The notes: generated from the letters alone by a model not told the origin. A stretch of DNA of 64,000 nt from Mobula hypostoma (GCF_963921235.1 NC_086097.1:136588001-136652000), one strand, 5' to 3'. Counted from the first letter of the stretch, positions 1 to 13,799 are shown. Program-made: numbers and translations.

Positions 1-658
1 GGTGGCTATAGCAGCTGATGACACAGCGCGCATCAAGTCCAGGTCCACGGCTACCCAACGATTTGACAGTGGGGTAGGCCTTCAGTACTTGGTGATCTTG
101 GTATTCAGTCGTGTCTTGTGATGGTAAGAAAGCTGTAAAGAATGAACAATTACACCATTGGTTGTATCTGGAGATGCCACTGTGACTGAGCACTCTCCCA
201 TCTTACCATGGTGTGCTGTGTGGCTCTGTGATTCTTCATGTCTGGCACTGCTCACTAATTCCTATTGGTTCAACCAAGTTGGCGTGTCTTGTCTGTTTAC
301 CACCCACGCTTCCTCTGAGTGTCTTCAGCCATTCTGTTCTTGGTTTGACTGTCTTTTCCTTCACTTGCAGATGCACAGTAAGTTGGTGGTGCAGACTCCC
401 TACCTGGCCAGAACCTAGCCACCTCTCGCCTCTGATAGGAACGTCCACCAGAGGAGGGTTTAAGAGCGGAAGATGGCTTGCCCAAGAGGCCAAGGGAAGA
501 CTTGTCCTCAATGCGTTGGAGTGTCTTGTGGGTTGTAGGGACGACTGGTATCAAGAGAAATGGGGGGAGGAACAAGACTGATTCATTGCTTAGGTTGTGG
601 AGTGGTGGAACAGACTGGACTGGATGAAGGATCACGAGTCCCTCAATTTCAACAATTA

Positions 659-1280
659 GATTATGAAGACGCGTAGTCCTCTTTTATTGTCATTTAGTAA
701 TGCATGCATTAAGAAATGATACAATATTTCCTCCGGTGTGATATCACAAAACACAGGACAGACCAAGACTGAAAAAACTGACAAAACCACATAATTATAA
801 CATATAGTTACAACAGTACAACAATACCATAATTTGATGAAGAAGTCCATGAGCACAGTAAAAGTTCAAAGTCTCTCAAATGTCCCACATCTCACGCAGA
901 CGGAGAGAAGGAAGAAAAACTCTCCCTGCCATACCCAACCACGGTCCGACTCTGAGTCATTCGAAAACTTCGAGCTCTGATCAGCTCGCCGACACCGGGT
1001 ACTGAGCGCCATCACTATCCAAACGATTCGACCTCCTTCTTGGTCGCCAACAGCAGGCAAAGCTGGGGATTTTGAGGCCTACCCTCCGAAAGATTCCCGA
1101 CCGCGCAGTATTGACAGCAGCAAATGAGCGTTTCAGAAATTTTTTCAGATGTTCCTCTGTGCTTTCACGTCCATCCTCATCAAATCAGAATTGTCCACGG
1201 CCCCTATTTAACAGATACGATATCATTTTTCATCGGAGGGCTGCGCACGCGTGGCGCACTGCTTCTCTTCTCCTCCCGCC
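659..1280 (-). mobile_element. Non-autonomous, SINE-like retroelement with a LINE-like AT-rich 3' tail
   Basis: About 620 bp, CpG-rich relative to its flanks, no coding motifs. On the minus strand it ends ...AATAAAAGAGG...ATAATCTAAT. Candidate TSD CAATTA at 653-658 and 1280-1285. Confidence 0.5.
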
Positions 1281-2636
1281 AATTAACTGAAACGCAGGCT
1301 TCGGTCTCCAAAAACATCAAGGCACCTGACAATGAAGGACCCATGGGAGAATGCCCTTCAGGAGAAATGCAGGCTGTTCTGTTGTATCAGTGTGAAGTTA
1401 TTGCTCAATGTTATAGTTGCTGCCATTACTGAGTGGTTGACTTCAAAGACCAGGATTAAAGGAGATTTTCTGCGGGCTGCCGTGGAAAATTAGTTCCAGA
1501 GAAGCCTTTTGATTTTTAGAGATAACTGCATTACTGCCATCTTTTGCAGATAGCAATCGTTGGATCTGGCTCAACAGTGAGGAGTGTGTGGCCTGGGTTC
1601 TCTTTCAGTGTTACGTCAAGTACATTTACTGCAGGTGCCAACATTCCACATATCTGCAAACTTCCAGAAAATTTCTGGCTTTGAAACGATATGAATTGGA
1701 GGGCGGAATGGTTCAGCAGTCCTAAAGAATTCTACCATAACCATTATTCCCTTTAACTTTATATTATTAGACGTTCACAAGGACAGGTGCTCCTTTAGAT
1801 CTAAGGACTGGCTCACATTCACCAAATGTACAGGCCAGCCTAGACACCTGCAAAGATGAGCCATCTTCTATAAAGCTCTGTAAACTGTTGGCGGTACAGC
1901 AGAAGAAGAGATAAAAGGGTGGCGGGGGGGGGGGAGAATCTAACTTAATGAAAGTCAAAGTCACAGGTACAATGAAATTCTTACCAGTAGAAGCATCACA
2001 GGCACAGAACATCAGATAAACAGCATCCATAAGAAAATGTAAATTAAGTACAATTTTTACAAGAACACAATTAGAACAAAAGTAAAACCAAGTCCATTTT
2101 CGTGCATGGTGTTGCCGTACTGTAGTGATTAGGTTGTGCAGGTTGGTTCAAGGACCAAATTGTCGAAGGGAATTAATTGCTCTTGAAACTGATGGTGTGT
2201 TCGTCAGGCTTCCTTGCCGCCTGTCTGACAGTAGCTACACGAACGTGGCTTGTCCTGGATGTTGGGGATCTTTGGATGTTGCCGCCTTGAATTAGACCTC
2301 CTGTGGATACTACAGATGGTGGGGACAGATGTGTCAGTATCAGGGATGTACTCGGCTGGGTCCACTACTCTCTTTGGCCGCTTACACTCCTGTGTGTTCG
2401 ACTGATGTCAGCAAACTAGGGATTGCATGGGCTTGGGCTGGTTACTGCATGTCAAGGAGTGAGATGCTGTTAGTATCTTGGAGACACGGCATGAAATATT
2501 GTGTGGCTGAGACAGTTTGACTTTTATTTTTCCACATGTATATGTATTCACTGAAGTCATTGTCATCTGGCTAATTTGATATTTGCCATATATCTGTCAT
2601 TGGACATAGGTATCATGAAAACTGAACATCTATAAT

Positions 2637-3134
2637 TACACGTAGTGGCTGCTATATTAGATACAGAAGTAGAAGCTGGTGTTGTCTTCCTCTGCTGTAG
2701 CCAATTCACCTCAAGGTACGGTTTGATGTGTGCTCAGAGATGCTCTCTTGTCGTAACGCGTGGTTATTTGAGTTACTGGCACCTTCTGTCAGCTTGAACA
2801 GTCTGGCTATTCTCTGACTTTTGTTGTTAACAAGGCATTTTTTGCCCACAGAGCTGATGCTCACTGGATTTTTTTTTTTGTTTCTTGCATCATTTTCTGT
2901 AAACTTTGTGTGAAAATCCCAGGAGATCAGTTTCTGAGGTATTCGAACCTCCCTGTCTGGCACCAACAATCATTCCCCAGTTAAAGTCACCTAGGTCACA
3001 TTTCTCCCCATTCTGATGTTTGTTCTGGATTAACAACTGAGCCTCTTGACCATGTCTGCATGCTTTATGCATTAAGTTGCTGCCACATGATTGACTGATT
3101 AGATATGTACCTGATCAAGTGGTCACTGAGTTTA
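2637..3134 (-). mobile_element. Tc1/mariner internal-deletion derivative (MITE-like)
   Basis: Degenerate terminal inverted repeats TACACGTAGTGGCTGCTATATTAGATACA ... GTACCTGATCAAGTGGTCACTGAGTTTA. Remnant transposase N-terminus on the minus strand (KCDLGDFNWGMIVGARQGGSNTSETDLLGFSH). Confidence 0.7.
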
Positions 3135-4630
3135 TGTCATTCAAAGGGATAGATGGCAGGTATTGGTGGCTGATTTGCCTTTACATGTTCTGTATATATT
3201 TATCTTCGAGGCATTGTCCTCCCTGACAAGGCAAATGATTGTTGCCCTCACCAATTACCCTTGATAATGAGCTGTTGTCTGGAACTGCCACAGTACTTCT
3301 GATGAAGGTGATCCCACAGGTCCATTGGGGAGGGGTGGGGTGGGGTTTGGTTTACAGCATTTAAACAGAGTGATGGAGGAGGAACAGTGATGTGCTTACC
3401 AGTCAGGTTTGGTGTGTGATTGGGGGCAACCTATGTTCCCAAATACACTTGTTCATCTCAGATTGTTAATGTCTGTAATTGTAAGTCTACCATCACGGCA
3501 GATTTAGTAAAATCATGCAAACTGTTTGAGGAAAAATGAATTCATCTTGAAATTGAGGATCTCCTTACCATGCTTTGCTATGATTCTGAATAGTGCTGAA
3601 AGTTTTGCCGCCTGACTCTAGCAATGGCCCTGGATTTGGTCATCTCAAGCCCCTGATCCCCATGAAGGGAGACTTGTGGTGAGCTGGGAATGTACTTTGA
3701 CATGTTCTCCTGGGAGCTCTATCGGAACTAAAATGTAGTGCACAGAGCTAACCTGGTTTCATCGAGCGATGATGGCTCTTTGGGCAAAATCAGTCTCGTG
3801 ACAAGCTTCCACAAACCCTTTGGAAGTTCAGTGCTCTTCTACTGATGGTGTGTTCATTATTGCAAAGTAGTGATGAGTGTGCATTGTTGGATGAATGGTC
3901 TATGTTGTCTAAGAAATAAATGCTAGACTTGGCAATGAGAACTCTCCAGTTCTCCTAACACCATTGGATGATCTGCATCTGTGTGAGAGGGTGCACGTTT
4001 GGTGCCTTCTGAGGTACCTCGGCTAAACCGTCAGCTGAAGGTATTGGTTTATTAATGTCACATGGACTGCGATACAGTGAAAAGGTTTTGTTTGGCATGC
4101 CATCCATACAATTGCTGCATTGCTGCCATAAATACGGTGAGTTAGTAAAAACAAAACAATGCAGAATGGTGTTGCTGTTGCAGAGAATATGGACTGCATA
4201 TAGACAAAGTACAAGGGCTTTGATGAGGTAGGTTGGGAGATCAGGAATTCATCTTTCAATGGATGAGGGGTTTGTTCAGGAGTCTGATAACAACAGAATG
4301 GAAGCTGTCCTTGGTATCAGGAGATAATGTTCTCAATTATTTGTACTTTTTGCCCGATGGGAGGAAAAAGAGTGGCTGGAGCAGGAGGGGTCCTTGATTG
4401 CATTGTCTGCTTTCCATAAGACCATAAGACAAAGGAGCAGAAGTAGGCCATTCGGCCCATCGAGTCTGCTCCGCCATTTTATCATGAGCTGATCCATTTT
4501 ATCCTATTTAGTCCCACTGCCCCGCCTTCTCACCATAACCTTTGATGCCCTGGCTACACAGATACCTATCAATCTCTGCCTTAAATACACCCAATGACTT
4601 GGCCTCCACTGCTGCCCGTGGCAACAAATT

Positions 4631-7415
4631 TCATAGATTCACCACCCTCTGACTAAAAAAATTTCTTCGCATTTCTGTTCTGAAAGGGCGCCCTTCAATC
4701 CTGAAGTCATGCCCTCTCGTACTAGACTCCCCCATCACGGGATACAACTTTGCCACATCCACTCTGTCCATGAGTTTTAACATTCGAAATGTTTCTATGA
4801 GGTCTCCCCTCATTCTTCTAAACTCCAAGGAATACAGTCCAAGAGCGGACAAACGTTCCTCATATGTTAACCCTCTCATTCCCGGAATCATTCCAGTGAA
4901 TGTTCTCTGTACCCTCTCCAACATCAGCACATCCTTTCTTAAATAAGGAGACCAAAACTGCCCACAGTACTCCAAGTGAGGTCTCACCAGCGCCTTATAG
5001 AGCCTCAACATCACATCCCTGCTCCTATACTCCATTCCTCTAGAAATGAATGCCAACATTGCATTCGCCTTCTTCACTACCGACTCAACCTGGAGGTTAA
5101 CCTTAAGGGAATCCTGTACCAGGACTCCCAAGTCCCGTTGCATCTCAGAACTTTGAATTCTTTCCCCATTTAAATAATAGTCTGCCCATTTATTTTTTCT
5201 GCCAAAGTGCATAACCATACACTTTCCAACATTGTACTTCATTTGCCACTTCTCTGCCCATTCTTCCAATCTATCCAAGTCTCTCTGCAGACTCTCCGTT
5301 TCCTCAGCACTACCGGCCCCTCCACCTATCTTCGTATCGTCAGCAAACTTAGCCACAAAGCCATCTATTCCATAATCCAAATTGTTGATGTACAATGTAA
5401 AAAGAAGCGGCTCCAACATTGATCCCTGTGGAACACCACTGGTAACCGGCAGCCAACCAGAATAGGATCCCTTTATTCCCACTCTCTGTTTCCTGCCAAT
5501 CAGCCAATGCTCTATCCACGTATATAACTTTCCTGTAATTCCATGGGCTCTTATCTTGTTAAGTAGCCTCATGTGTGGCACCTTGTCAAAGGCCTTCTGG
5601 AAATCCAAATATACAACATCCACTGCATCTCCCTTGGCTAGCCTACTGGTAAGTTCCTCTAAAAATTGTAATAGGTTTGTCAGGCAGGATTTTCCTTTAA
5701 GGAATCCATGCTGAGTTCTGCCTATCTTGTCATATGCCTCCAGGTACTATGTAACCTCATCCTTGACAATCGACTCCAACAACTTCCCAACCACCGACGT
5801 CAAGCTAACAGGTCTATAATTTCCTTTTTGCTTCCTTGCCCCCTTCTTAAATAGCGGAGTGACATTTGCAGTCTTCCGGAACCGTGCCAGAATCTATCGA
5901 CTTCTGAAAGATCATCGCTAATGCCTCCGCAATCTCCACAGCTACTTCCTTCAGAACACGAGGGTGCATTCCATCTGGTCCAGGAGATTTATCGACTTTT
6001 AGCCTATTCAGCTTCCTGAGTACTTTCTCTGTCGTAATTGTGACTGCGTACACTTCTCTTCCCTGCCACCCTTGAGTGTCCGGTATCCTGCTGTCTTCCT
6101 GAGTGAAGACTGATGCAAAATACTTGTTCAGTTCCTCTGCCATCTCCTCATCTCCCATTACAACTTCTCCAGTATCATTTTCTATCAGTCCTATATCTAC
6201 TCTCACCTGTCTTTTACTCTTTATATACTTGAAAAAGCTTTTAATATCCTCTTTAATATTATTTGCTAGTTTCATTTCATAGTTAATCTTTTCTCTCTTA
6301 ATGACCTTCTTGGTTTCCTTTTGTAAGGTTTTAAAAACTTCCCAATCCTCTGTCTTCCCACTAATTTTTGCTTCCTTGTATGCCGTCTCCTTTGCTTTAA
6401 CTTTGGCTTTGACTTCTCTTGTCAACCACGGTTGCATCTTTTTTCCATTCGAAAATTTCTTCTTTTTTGGAATATACCTGTCTTGCACCTTCCTCATTTC
6501 TCGCATAAACTCCAGCCACTGCTGCTCTGCCGTCTTTCCTGCCAGTGTCCATTTCCAGTCAACTTTGGCCAGTTCCTCTCTCATGCCACTGTAATTTCCT
6601 TTACTCCACTGAAACACCGACACATCAGATTTCGGCTTCTCTTTTTCAAATGTCACAGTGAACTCAATCATGTTATGATCACTGTCTCCTGAGGGTTCCT
6701 TCACCTCAATCTCTCCAATCACCTCCGGTTCATTACACAATACCCAATCCAGTACAGCCGATCCCCTAGTGGGCTCAACAACAAGCTGTTCTAAAAAGCC
6801 ATCTTGCAGACATTCTACAAATTCTGTCTCTTGAGATCCAGTGCCGAGCTGATTTTTCCAATCTACTCGCGTGTTAATATCCCCCACAATTATCATAACA
6901 CTGCCCTTCTGACAAGCCTTTTCTATTTCCAGTTGTAATTTGTAGTCCACATCCCTGCAGCTGTTTGGAGGCCTATAAATAACTGCCATCAGGGTCCTTT
7001 TACCCCTGCTATTCCTTAGCTCAACCCATAAAGATTCTGCACCTTCCGATCCTATATCACCTCTTTCTAATGATTTAATATCATTTCTTACCAATAAAGC
7101 CATGCCTCCCCCTCTGCCTACCTTCCTATCCTTCCGATACACCGTGTATCCTTGGACGTTCAGCTCCCAGAGACATGCATCCTTTAGCCAGGTCTCAGTG
7201 ATGGCCACAATATCATACCTGCCAATCTGTAGCTGTACAACAAGATCATCCACCTTATTCCTTATGCTGCGTGCATTTAAGTACAACACCTTAAGACCAG
7301 TATTTGATACTCTTTGCTTTGATTTCACTGCAACTTTATTGCACTGCAACTCATCGCAATGGCTACACATTTGCCCCATCACCTGCCTGTCTTTCCTGAC
7401 ATCTTTACTGCTCAC
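4631..7415 (-). pseudogene. CR1 ORF2 (endonuclease plus reverse transcriptase), disrupted
   Basis: ORFs 5847-7415 and 4631-5623. The frame breaks near 5870, where VPED(WKI)ANVTPLFKKG has lost about 8 nt, and there is an in-frame TAG near 5748. Confidence 0.9.
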
Positions 7416-7483
7416 TATCTTAGATTTATTTCTGTTTTCCCCTTCCTCCGCTCTATCATTCCAGTTCCCATCCCCCTGCCAAA

Positions 7484-8180
7484 TTAGTTTAAAACCTCCC
7501 TAACAGCTCTATTAAACTTTCCCGCCAGGATATTGGTCCCCTTCGGGTTCAGGTGTAACCTGTCCTTTTTGAACAGGTCATACTTTCCCCAGAAGAGATC
7601 CCAATTATCCAAGAATCTGAAGCCCTGCCCCCTACACCAGTCTCTCAGCCAGGCATTCATCTTCCTGATCCGACTACTCTTGCCCTCGCTAGCACGTGGC
7701 ACAGGTAGCAATCCTGAGATTACTACCCTGGAGCTCCTGCTTCTCAGCTTCCTTCCTAACTCCTGGAAATCTCTCTTCAGGACGACCTCCTCTGTCCTAT
7801 CTATGTCATTGGTACCAACATGTACCAAGACAACTGGCTGCTCACCCTCCCCCTTTAGAATATTTAGGACCCGATCCGAGACATCCCGTACCCTGGCACC
7901 TGGGAGGCAACACACCATGCGGGTATCTCTGTCAGGCTCACAGAATCTCCTGTCCGTTCCCCTGCCTATGGAATCCCCCACGACTACCGCATTTCTCTTC
8001 TCCCTCCTTCTCTCCTGCACAGCAGCGCCAGGCTCAGTGCCAGAGATCCGGTCACTGTGGGCATCCCCTGTCAGGTCATCCCCCTCAACAGCATCCAGAA
8101 CAAGATATTTGTTGCTGAGGGGGACAGCCACAGGGGCGCTCTCCACTATCCGGGCATTTCCCTTCCCTCTCTTGACAGTT
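7484..8180 (-). pseudogene. CR1 ORF1 C-terminal part: SGNH/GDSL esterase-like domain
   Basis: Motifs VVGDS, CCLPGA, HVGTND and DRLH; ends ...VLN* immediately before ORF2. Confidence 0.9.
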
Positions 8181-8323
8181 TAGGACATAAGGAGCAAAAT
8201 TGAAAGATCTTTGAAGAGGTCTGCTATGTGCGATTTTAGCATTAACTGTGAAGAGGGATTTCAGACCTAGAACTAGCCACCCTGAGGTCTCCTTGCAGTA
8301 AATAAACTGAAGCAGTTTATATA

Positions 8324-8650
8324 TACACTGAGTGGGCAGCTTATCAGGTACACCTATACACCTCATTAATGCAAATATCTAATCAGCCAATCATGTGACA
8401 GTGACTCAATGCATAAAGCATGCAGATGTGGTTAAGAGGTTCAGGTTTCGCTCAGACTAAACATCAGAATGGGGAAGAGACCTGATCCAACTGACTATGA
8501 TCGTGAAGGGTTGTTTGAGTAGCTCAGAAAATGCTGACCTCCTGGGATTTTCATACAAAAGTCTCTACAGTTGACAGAGAATGGTGTGAGAAACAAAAAA
8601 AGCATCCGGTGAGTGGCAGTTCTGTGGTCAAAAATACCTTGTTAATGAGA
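8324..8650 (+). mobile_element. Tc1-derived fragment, same family as 2637-3134, opposite orientation
   Basis: TA + CACTGAGTGGGCAGCTTATCAGGTACACC terminus; body is reverse-complement similar to 2820-3134 (AACATCAGAATGGGGAAGA, CTCCTGGGATTTTCA). Confidence 0.7.
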
Positions 8651-9929
8651 ATTTTCTGCACAGTGGTTGGAATGAGAAATTCCTTCCTTCCCATCAGAAA
8701 GGGACTTGGGGAATGGTAGAGGACCGTGTAATGGGATCCTGGATTAATGCAGATGGAAGAAGGGAAAGAAGCAAGGGGGCGGGGCACCTGAGCTTGGGGC
8801 AAGAATGTCGGCCAAGACCCAGTGGCCTCACCTGGCTTGTGCGATGCCATCTATATTTCGGCAGACACACCGTAGTCCTCGGTCAACCACAGCAGATTCC
8901 TGTGGTCGCGACGGCTAAAGAGAAATGCGTGCCTCTTGACCAACAGGCTGCTCACTGGATGCCAACGGGTTAGTGTGCACGTGTTCTGAAGATGCAAAGC
9001 ACCAAATTCCACGGGCCGTGGCAACACTTTCACTACCCAGACAGTAAACCCATAAGACTTGTTCTGTTTGCAGTGAGACAGGCTTTGTTCCCGGACATGT
9101 TGATTCAAGCACAGATCCTGTTCACTTATTCCAGTCTGTACAGCACCTTTCACAAAGACACTTGGCACTGACCCTCACACTTAAGTTAATATAACTGATG
9201 TTAATTTGTTTATATTAACCTATGTTTGTATTGTGCTGCTGTGGCAAAAAGCTTTAATGGCATTTGTACCTGAGTATGTATGTCAAGGACGACAATAACT
9301 GAGCGAGCATTGTCCATAGAACATCACAGCATTGGACAAGACCATTCATCCCTTCAAGCGTGTGCTTGCTGGTTTTTTTTTTAAAAAAACTTCCATTCAG
9401 CTCCCAGCCCTGTTCCTTCTGTGCAATCCTGAGAAAAGTTTCAGGTGTCTGGGGAAGAAGCTGTTGAATTTTCTTCAATGGCTGTGGCCAGCTGTGAGGA
9501 TGAGATCACACCATGGGGCGTGAAAACTTTTCCCTCCTCTGCCTCTCTTACTGGAGATTCAAAGTGCTGCCATTCTCCTAACACTGGCTGCACAGGGAGC
9601 TGATTTAGTTTTCCCCCCCACCAGTGATGCCTGTCATCAAATGTTTAATGCCTTGTCTCCATCACCATGCAAAGTTAGTGAAAAGTTGTAATTGAGATTA
9701 ACTCTATGTTTAAGATTTCTGTGCCTAACACCAGATTCACATTCATTTATCACGTGTGTATTGAAACATGTGTGCAACTTTTGTGTTAACAACCAACATG
9801 CTGAAGGATGTGCTGGGGGCAGCCTGCAAGTATCGGCACACAATCTGGCACCGGTATAATTTTGCCACAATACTTGGCACAGCACAGAAATACCAAGTGA
9901 CAAAGGAACAACAAAACAAACCCTCCCCG

Positions 9930-10262
9930 CCCCCCCCAACCCATCCACATGCACACTAAATGAACCCGTTCCCCCCTCAGTCCCTCCCTTCCTCCCTCCC
10001 ATCCACGTTCACACAAAATGAACCCGTTCCCCCTCCCTCCCACCCATCCACGCTCACACAAAATGAACCCGTTCCCTCCCAGTCCCTCCCTCCCAGCCAT
10101 CGACGTTCACACAAAATGACCCGTTCCCCCTCCCTCCCACCCATCCACATCCACACAAAATGAACCCGTTCCCCCCAGTCCCTCCCTCCCACCCATCCAC
10201 GTTCACACAAAATGAACCCCTTCCCCCTCCCCTCCCTCCCACCCATCCACGCGCACAGAAAA
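9930..10262. repeat. C-rich/G-rich minisatellite, about 40-52 bp variable units
   Basis: About 7 copies of CACACAAAATGAACCCGTTCCC(N)TCCCTCCCACCCATCCACG. Confidence 0.9.
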
Positions 10263-11779
10263 CAAGCCCTGTTCCTCCTATCCATGCACATACACAATCC
10301 TCTTGCACCATTTCAGGCCGTCTTCAGCCTCCAGCAGACTCGTGGATTTACAGATACTGGGCCTTCAATTTCTCCAGTGGACTTGGCATAAGAAATCACC
10401 AAAAGAAACTTCACTAGATTTATCTTAAAATGTATGAAAGGCATTGGCAGCATAGAGGAACAGAATCGTTGGCCTGCATAGTAATGTCAAATGCCACAGG
10501 GCAGAGCTTTAAGTTGAGAGGGTGAAAGTTTAAAGGGGGGTGTCTGATGTAGATTTTCTCTTCACCGAGTGGTGGGTGTCTGGAGTGGGCTGCTCGGGTG
10601 ACGGTGGAAGCAGGTCAGATGGTGGAGTTTAAGGAGGTGTTTGAACAGGTCCGTGAACAGTCAGGGAGCGAAGGGACACGCACCATGCACAGGCAGATGG
10701 GGATTACCGTAGATCAATATCAGACATTGCAGAGCAAAACACTGCTGCTGTGTTGAACTGTTCTCTGTTCTTGTAATAGCCCTGGTCTCTCTCTAAAGGA
10801 AAGGCCTGGGCTTAGCTGAGAGATTGTGTTCAGGTGTTCCACCAGAAATTTGAGCAGAAGACCCAGGCTGATAGGCCGAGTGCTATTTCGTACGAGTGCC
10901 TCACTGTCAGCAATACTATTGAAAGCCCCACCTGCCCCATCGATGGATGTCTCGTCTTCCCCCACAGCTCCATCCCAGTACTTGCCCTTCAACCAGATCC
11001 TCCAGCAACAGACTACCTGGCTGTTGCTATTTTGCTGGAGCAGACGGTGCACAAACTGACTGCCCCAACATCAGTATAAAAGCATATCTCAGGATTCTGA
11101 GATTGTGATTGGTCCCATAGAGATTACAAGTTCAGGTGGACTTCAGGCAAAGAGTTCACCTGTAATACATTCACAGCTGAACAGTCCAGAAATGCTCACT
11201 AAGAGATGAAGGCTGGTCATTTCTGAATAGAATGAGTAACTATCCTCATATTCCCATGTTCAGAAATTGTCCTTGCTGTACTGAGACAAATATCATATGA
11301 ATCTGTATCACTGCCTATACCAACCCACACCAAGGATGGGTATGGAAGCTTTAGAGAAGGTGCAAAAGTATTTCACTAGGATGTTCCCTGGATAAGAAGG
11401 CGTGTGCTATGAGGAGAGGTTAGACAGAGGGGAGGGAGCAGAGGCTGAGGGGAGAACTGATGGAAGTCCATAAGATTGGGACGAATAGATAGAGTAGACA
11501 GCCAGTATCTTTTTCCCAGGGTCAGAATGTGTGACCCCGGGGAAGAAGGTGAGGGGGCAAGTTCGAAGGAGACAAGTGGCCCAAGTTTATTTTTAGTACA
11601 GGGAGTGGTAGGTGCCTGGGATGTGTTGTTTGGAGCAGTGGTGGAGGCCAATACAATGTAAAGGCATTTAACAGGCTCTTGTGTGGAGAATGGATGGATT
11701 TGCACATTGAGTAAACAGAAGGGATTATTTTAATTAGTTTGGCACAACAATGTGGGCTGAAGGGCCTGTTCCTGTGTTC

Positions 11780-12850
11780 TGGTTTAACACCATTCCTACT
11801 GCCCTGATTGAAAAGCTACAGAACCTGGGCCTCTGGGCCTCCCCCTGCAACTGGATCCTTGACTTCCTAACCAGACGAGCACAATCTGTGCAGGTTAGAA
11901 ACAACATCTCCACCTCCCTGATGATCAACACTAGCACTCCACAGTGCTTAGCCCACTGCTCTACTCTCTATAACCCATGACCGTGTGACTAGGCATAGCT
12001 CAAACAGGATCTCTAAATCTTCTGATGATACAGCCATTGTTGGCAGAGTCTCGGGTGGTGACGAAAGGGCGTACAGCAGTGAGATATACCAGCTAGTTGA
12101 GTGGTGTCACACTCAACGTCAGCAAGATCAAAGAGCTGATTGTAGACTTCAGGAAGGGTAAGACAAGGGAACACAAACCAATCCTCGGAGAGATCAGAAG
12201 TGGTGAGAGTGAGAAATTTCAATGTAATATATTAATATAGCTATAAAGAAGGCAAGACAGTAGCTATGTTTCATTAGGAGTTTGAGGAGGTTTGTCAATT
12301 AAAGTTCTCAAACTTCTACAATTGTACTGTGGACTTATTCTGACTGTCTGCTTCACCGTCTGGTATGGGGGAGTGGGGGAACTACTGCACAAGATCGAAA
12401 TAAGTTGCAGAAACTTGTAAAATTAGTCAGCTCCATCTTGGGCACTAGCTCCATGATGGGTACCAGCCTCCGTAGTATACAAGACATCTTCAAGGAGTGG
12501 TGCCTTAAGAAGGTGCTGTCCATCATTAAGGACCCCATCACCAAGGACATGGCCCCTTCTCATTGTTGCCATCGAGGAGGAGGTACAGAAGCCTGATTCC
12601 ACTCAGATTCAGAAACAGTTTCTTTCCGCCTGCCATCCGATTCCTAAATGGAGACGGAATCCATGAACGCTACCTCACTAGTTTTTTTATTCCTGTTATT
12701 TTGCAGTACTTACTTTAACTTAACTATTTAAAAGACGTATTTACTTGCTGTAATTCTGTATTTTTCCCTCTTTATTTATCATGTACTTTGTTGTACTGCT
12801 GCCGTAAAGCTAACAAATGTCACAACATATGCCATGATATTAAATCTGAT
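11780..12850 (+). mobile_element. Rex1/Babar LINE 3' fragment, degenerate
   Basis: FNTIPTALIEKLQNLGL..CNWILDFLT..QSV, LNVSKIKELIVDFRK and a characteristic 3' UTR ending ATATTAAATCTGAT. Confidence 0.85.
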
Positions 12851-13799
12851 GTTCTATATTCTTATGTGGTATTCTCACCGATGTCAACCTTGGGATCCAA
12901 ACATCTTCCAACTAAAATCGATTCATTCTTACATGTTTGAGTAGGTGAGGTTGAACCAGGCTTCTACAGTTAGCTCACGTTATATCAGAGGAGAAGGTTG
13001 AACATGGGCAGGGAGGGGAGCATTGAGATTTAATTCAGAAAACCTAGGGAAGCAGAGGAAAGGTTTTTTTTGAGTAAGGGAGCATGGAGGCAGATCACAG
13101 ACTGGCAGTAATTCTGGCAGACAGAGCTCCTTTGTTACTGCTCTGGGTTCCCATGTGTAACTGATTCTGATTGTTCTCAATGAGAAAGCTGTTCCTGCAC
13201 TCGGTGTTAATCTGCTTCGTACTCATTTCCTCTCCCGGTCCCACAAGAGCACAGAGACATCTCTGTCACTGTCGTGCATAGCTCCCAGGCCGGTGAAAGT
13301 CCTCCATTCTGATCTGCAGAAACCGGTGCTAAGAGTGTGTCACAAGTATGGGACTGCGGGGATGACCTTAACGGTCTCTGCTGTGTTAAACCTGCCCGGA
13401 AAATAAGCAGGGTCATGGAGACCTCCCCCTCTATTTCTATAGCTTCCCTCACAGCTACAGACAGCCTTGGAGGTAAAGTCGTTAGATATATTTAAAGCAG
13501 GGATTGATAAGTTCATGATTAGTAAGTTATAGGGATAGAACAGGAGAATAGCAGAGGAGACTCGATGGGCTGAATGGCCTAATTCTGCTCCCATGTCTTA
13601 TGATATCTGCTCAGTTCTGTTTTCCACCCCCCTCCCCCCAAAAACTCCTGGGCCCCTCTTTCAAATGCCTTCCACATCCTTAAAGAGAAGGATTTGCCTT
13701 GAACAGCAGTGGGAATGTCTGGTGCTCCAACAAAGATAGGGTTTTGAGTTGCCTTTCAAAATAACATTAATGTAGCATGTTGCATAACACCGGGCATTA

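Larger units (their letters stand above)
4414..8180 (-). mobile_element. CR1-clade LINE, nearly complete (5'-truncated within ORF1)
   Basis: ORF1 with an SGNH esterase; ORF2 with APE endonuclease (YLNARSI, ITETW, YRPP, SDH) and RT (YLDFQKAFD, GVPQGS, FADD); 3' tail of (TCTTATGG)n repeats at 4414-4430. Confidence 0.95.

Noticed and set aside
7484..8146. Stand-alone GDSL esterase gene next to an RT, suggesting a retron-like or defence system
   Set aside because: An esterase ORF1 upstream of EN-RT ORF2 is the known architecture of CR1-clade LINEs.
9930..10262. Repeat-spacer-like array superficially resembling CRISPR, with several overlapping ORFs
   Set aside because: The intervening sequences are not unique spacers, there are no cas genes, and the context is a vertebrate intron; it is a minisatellite.
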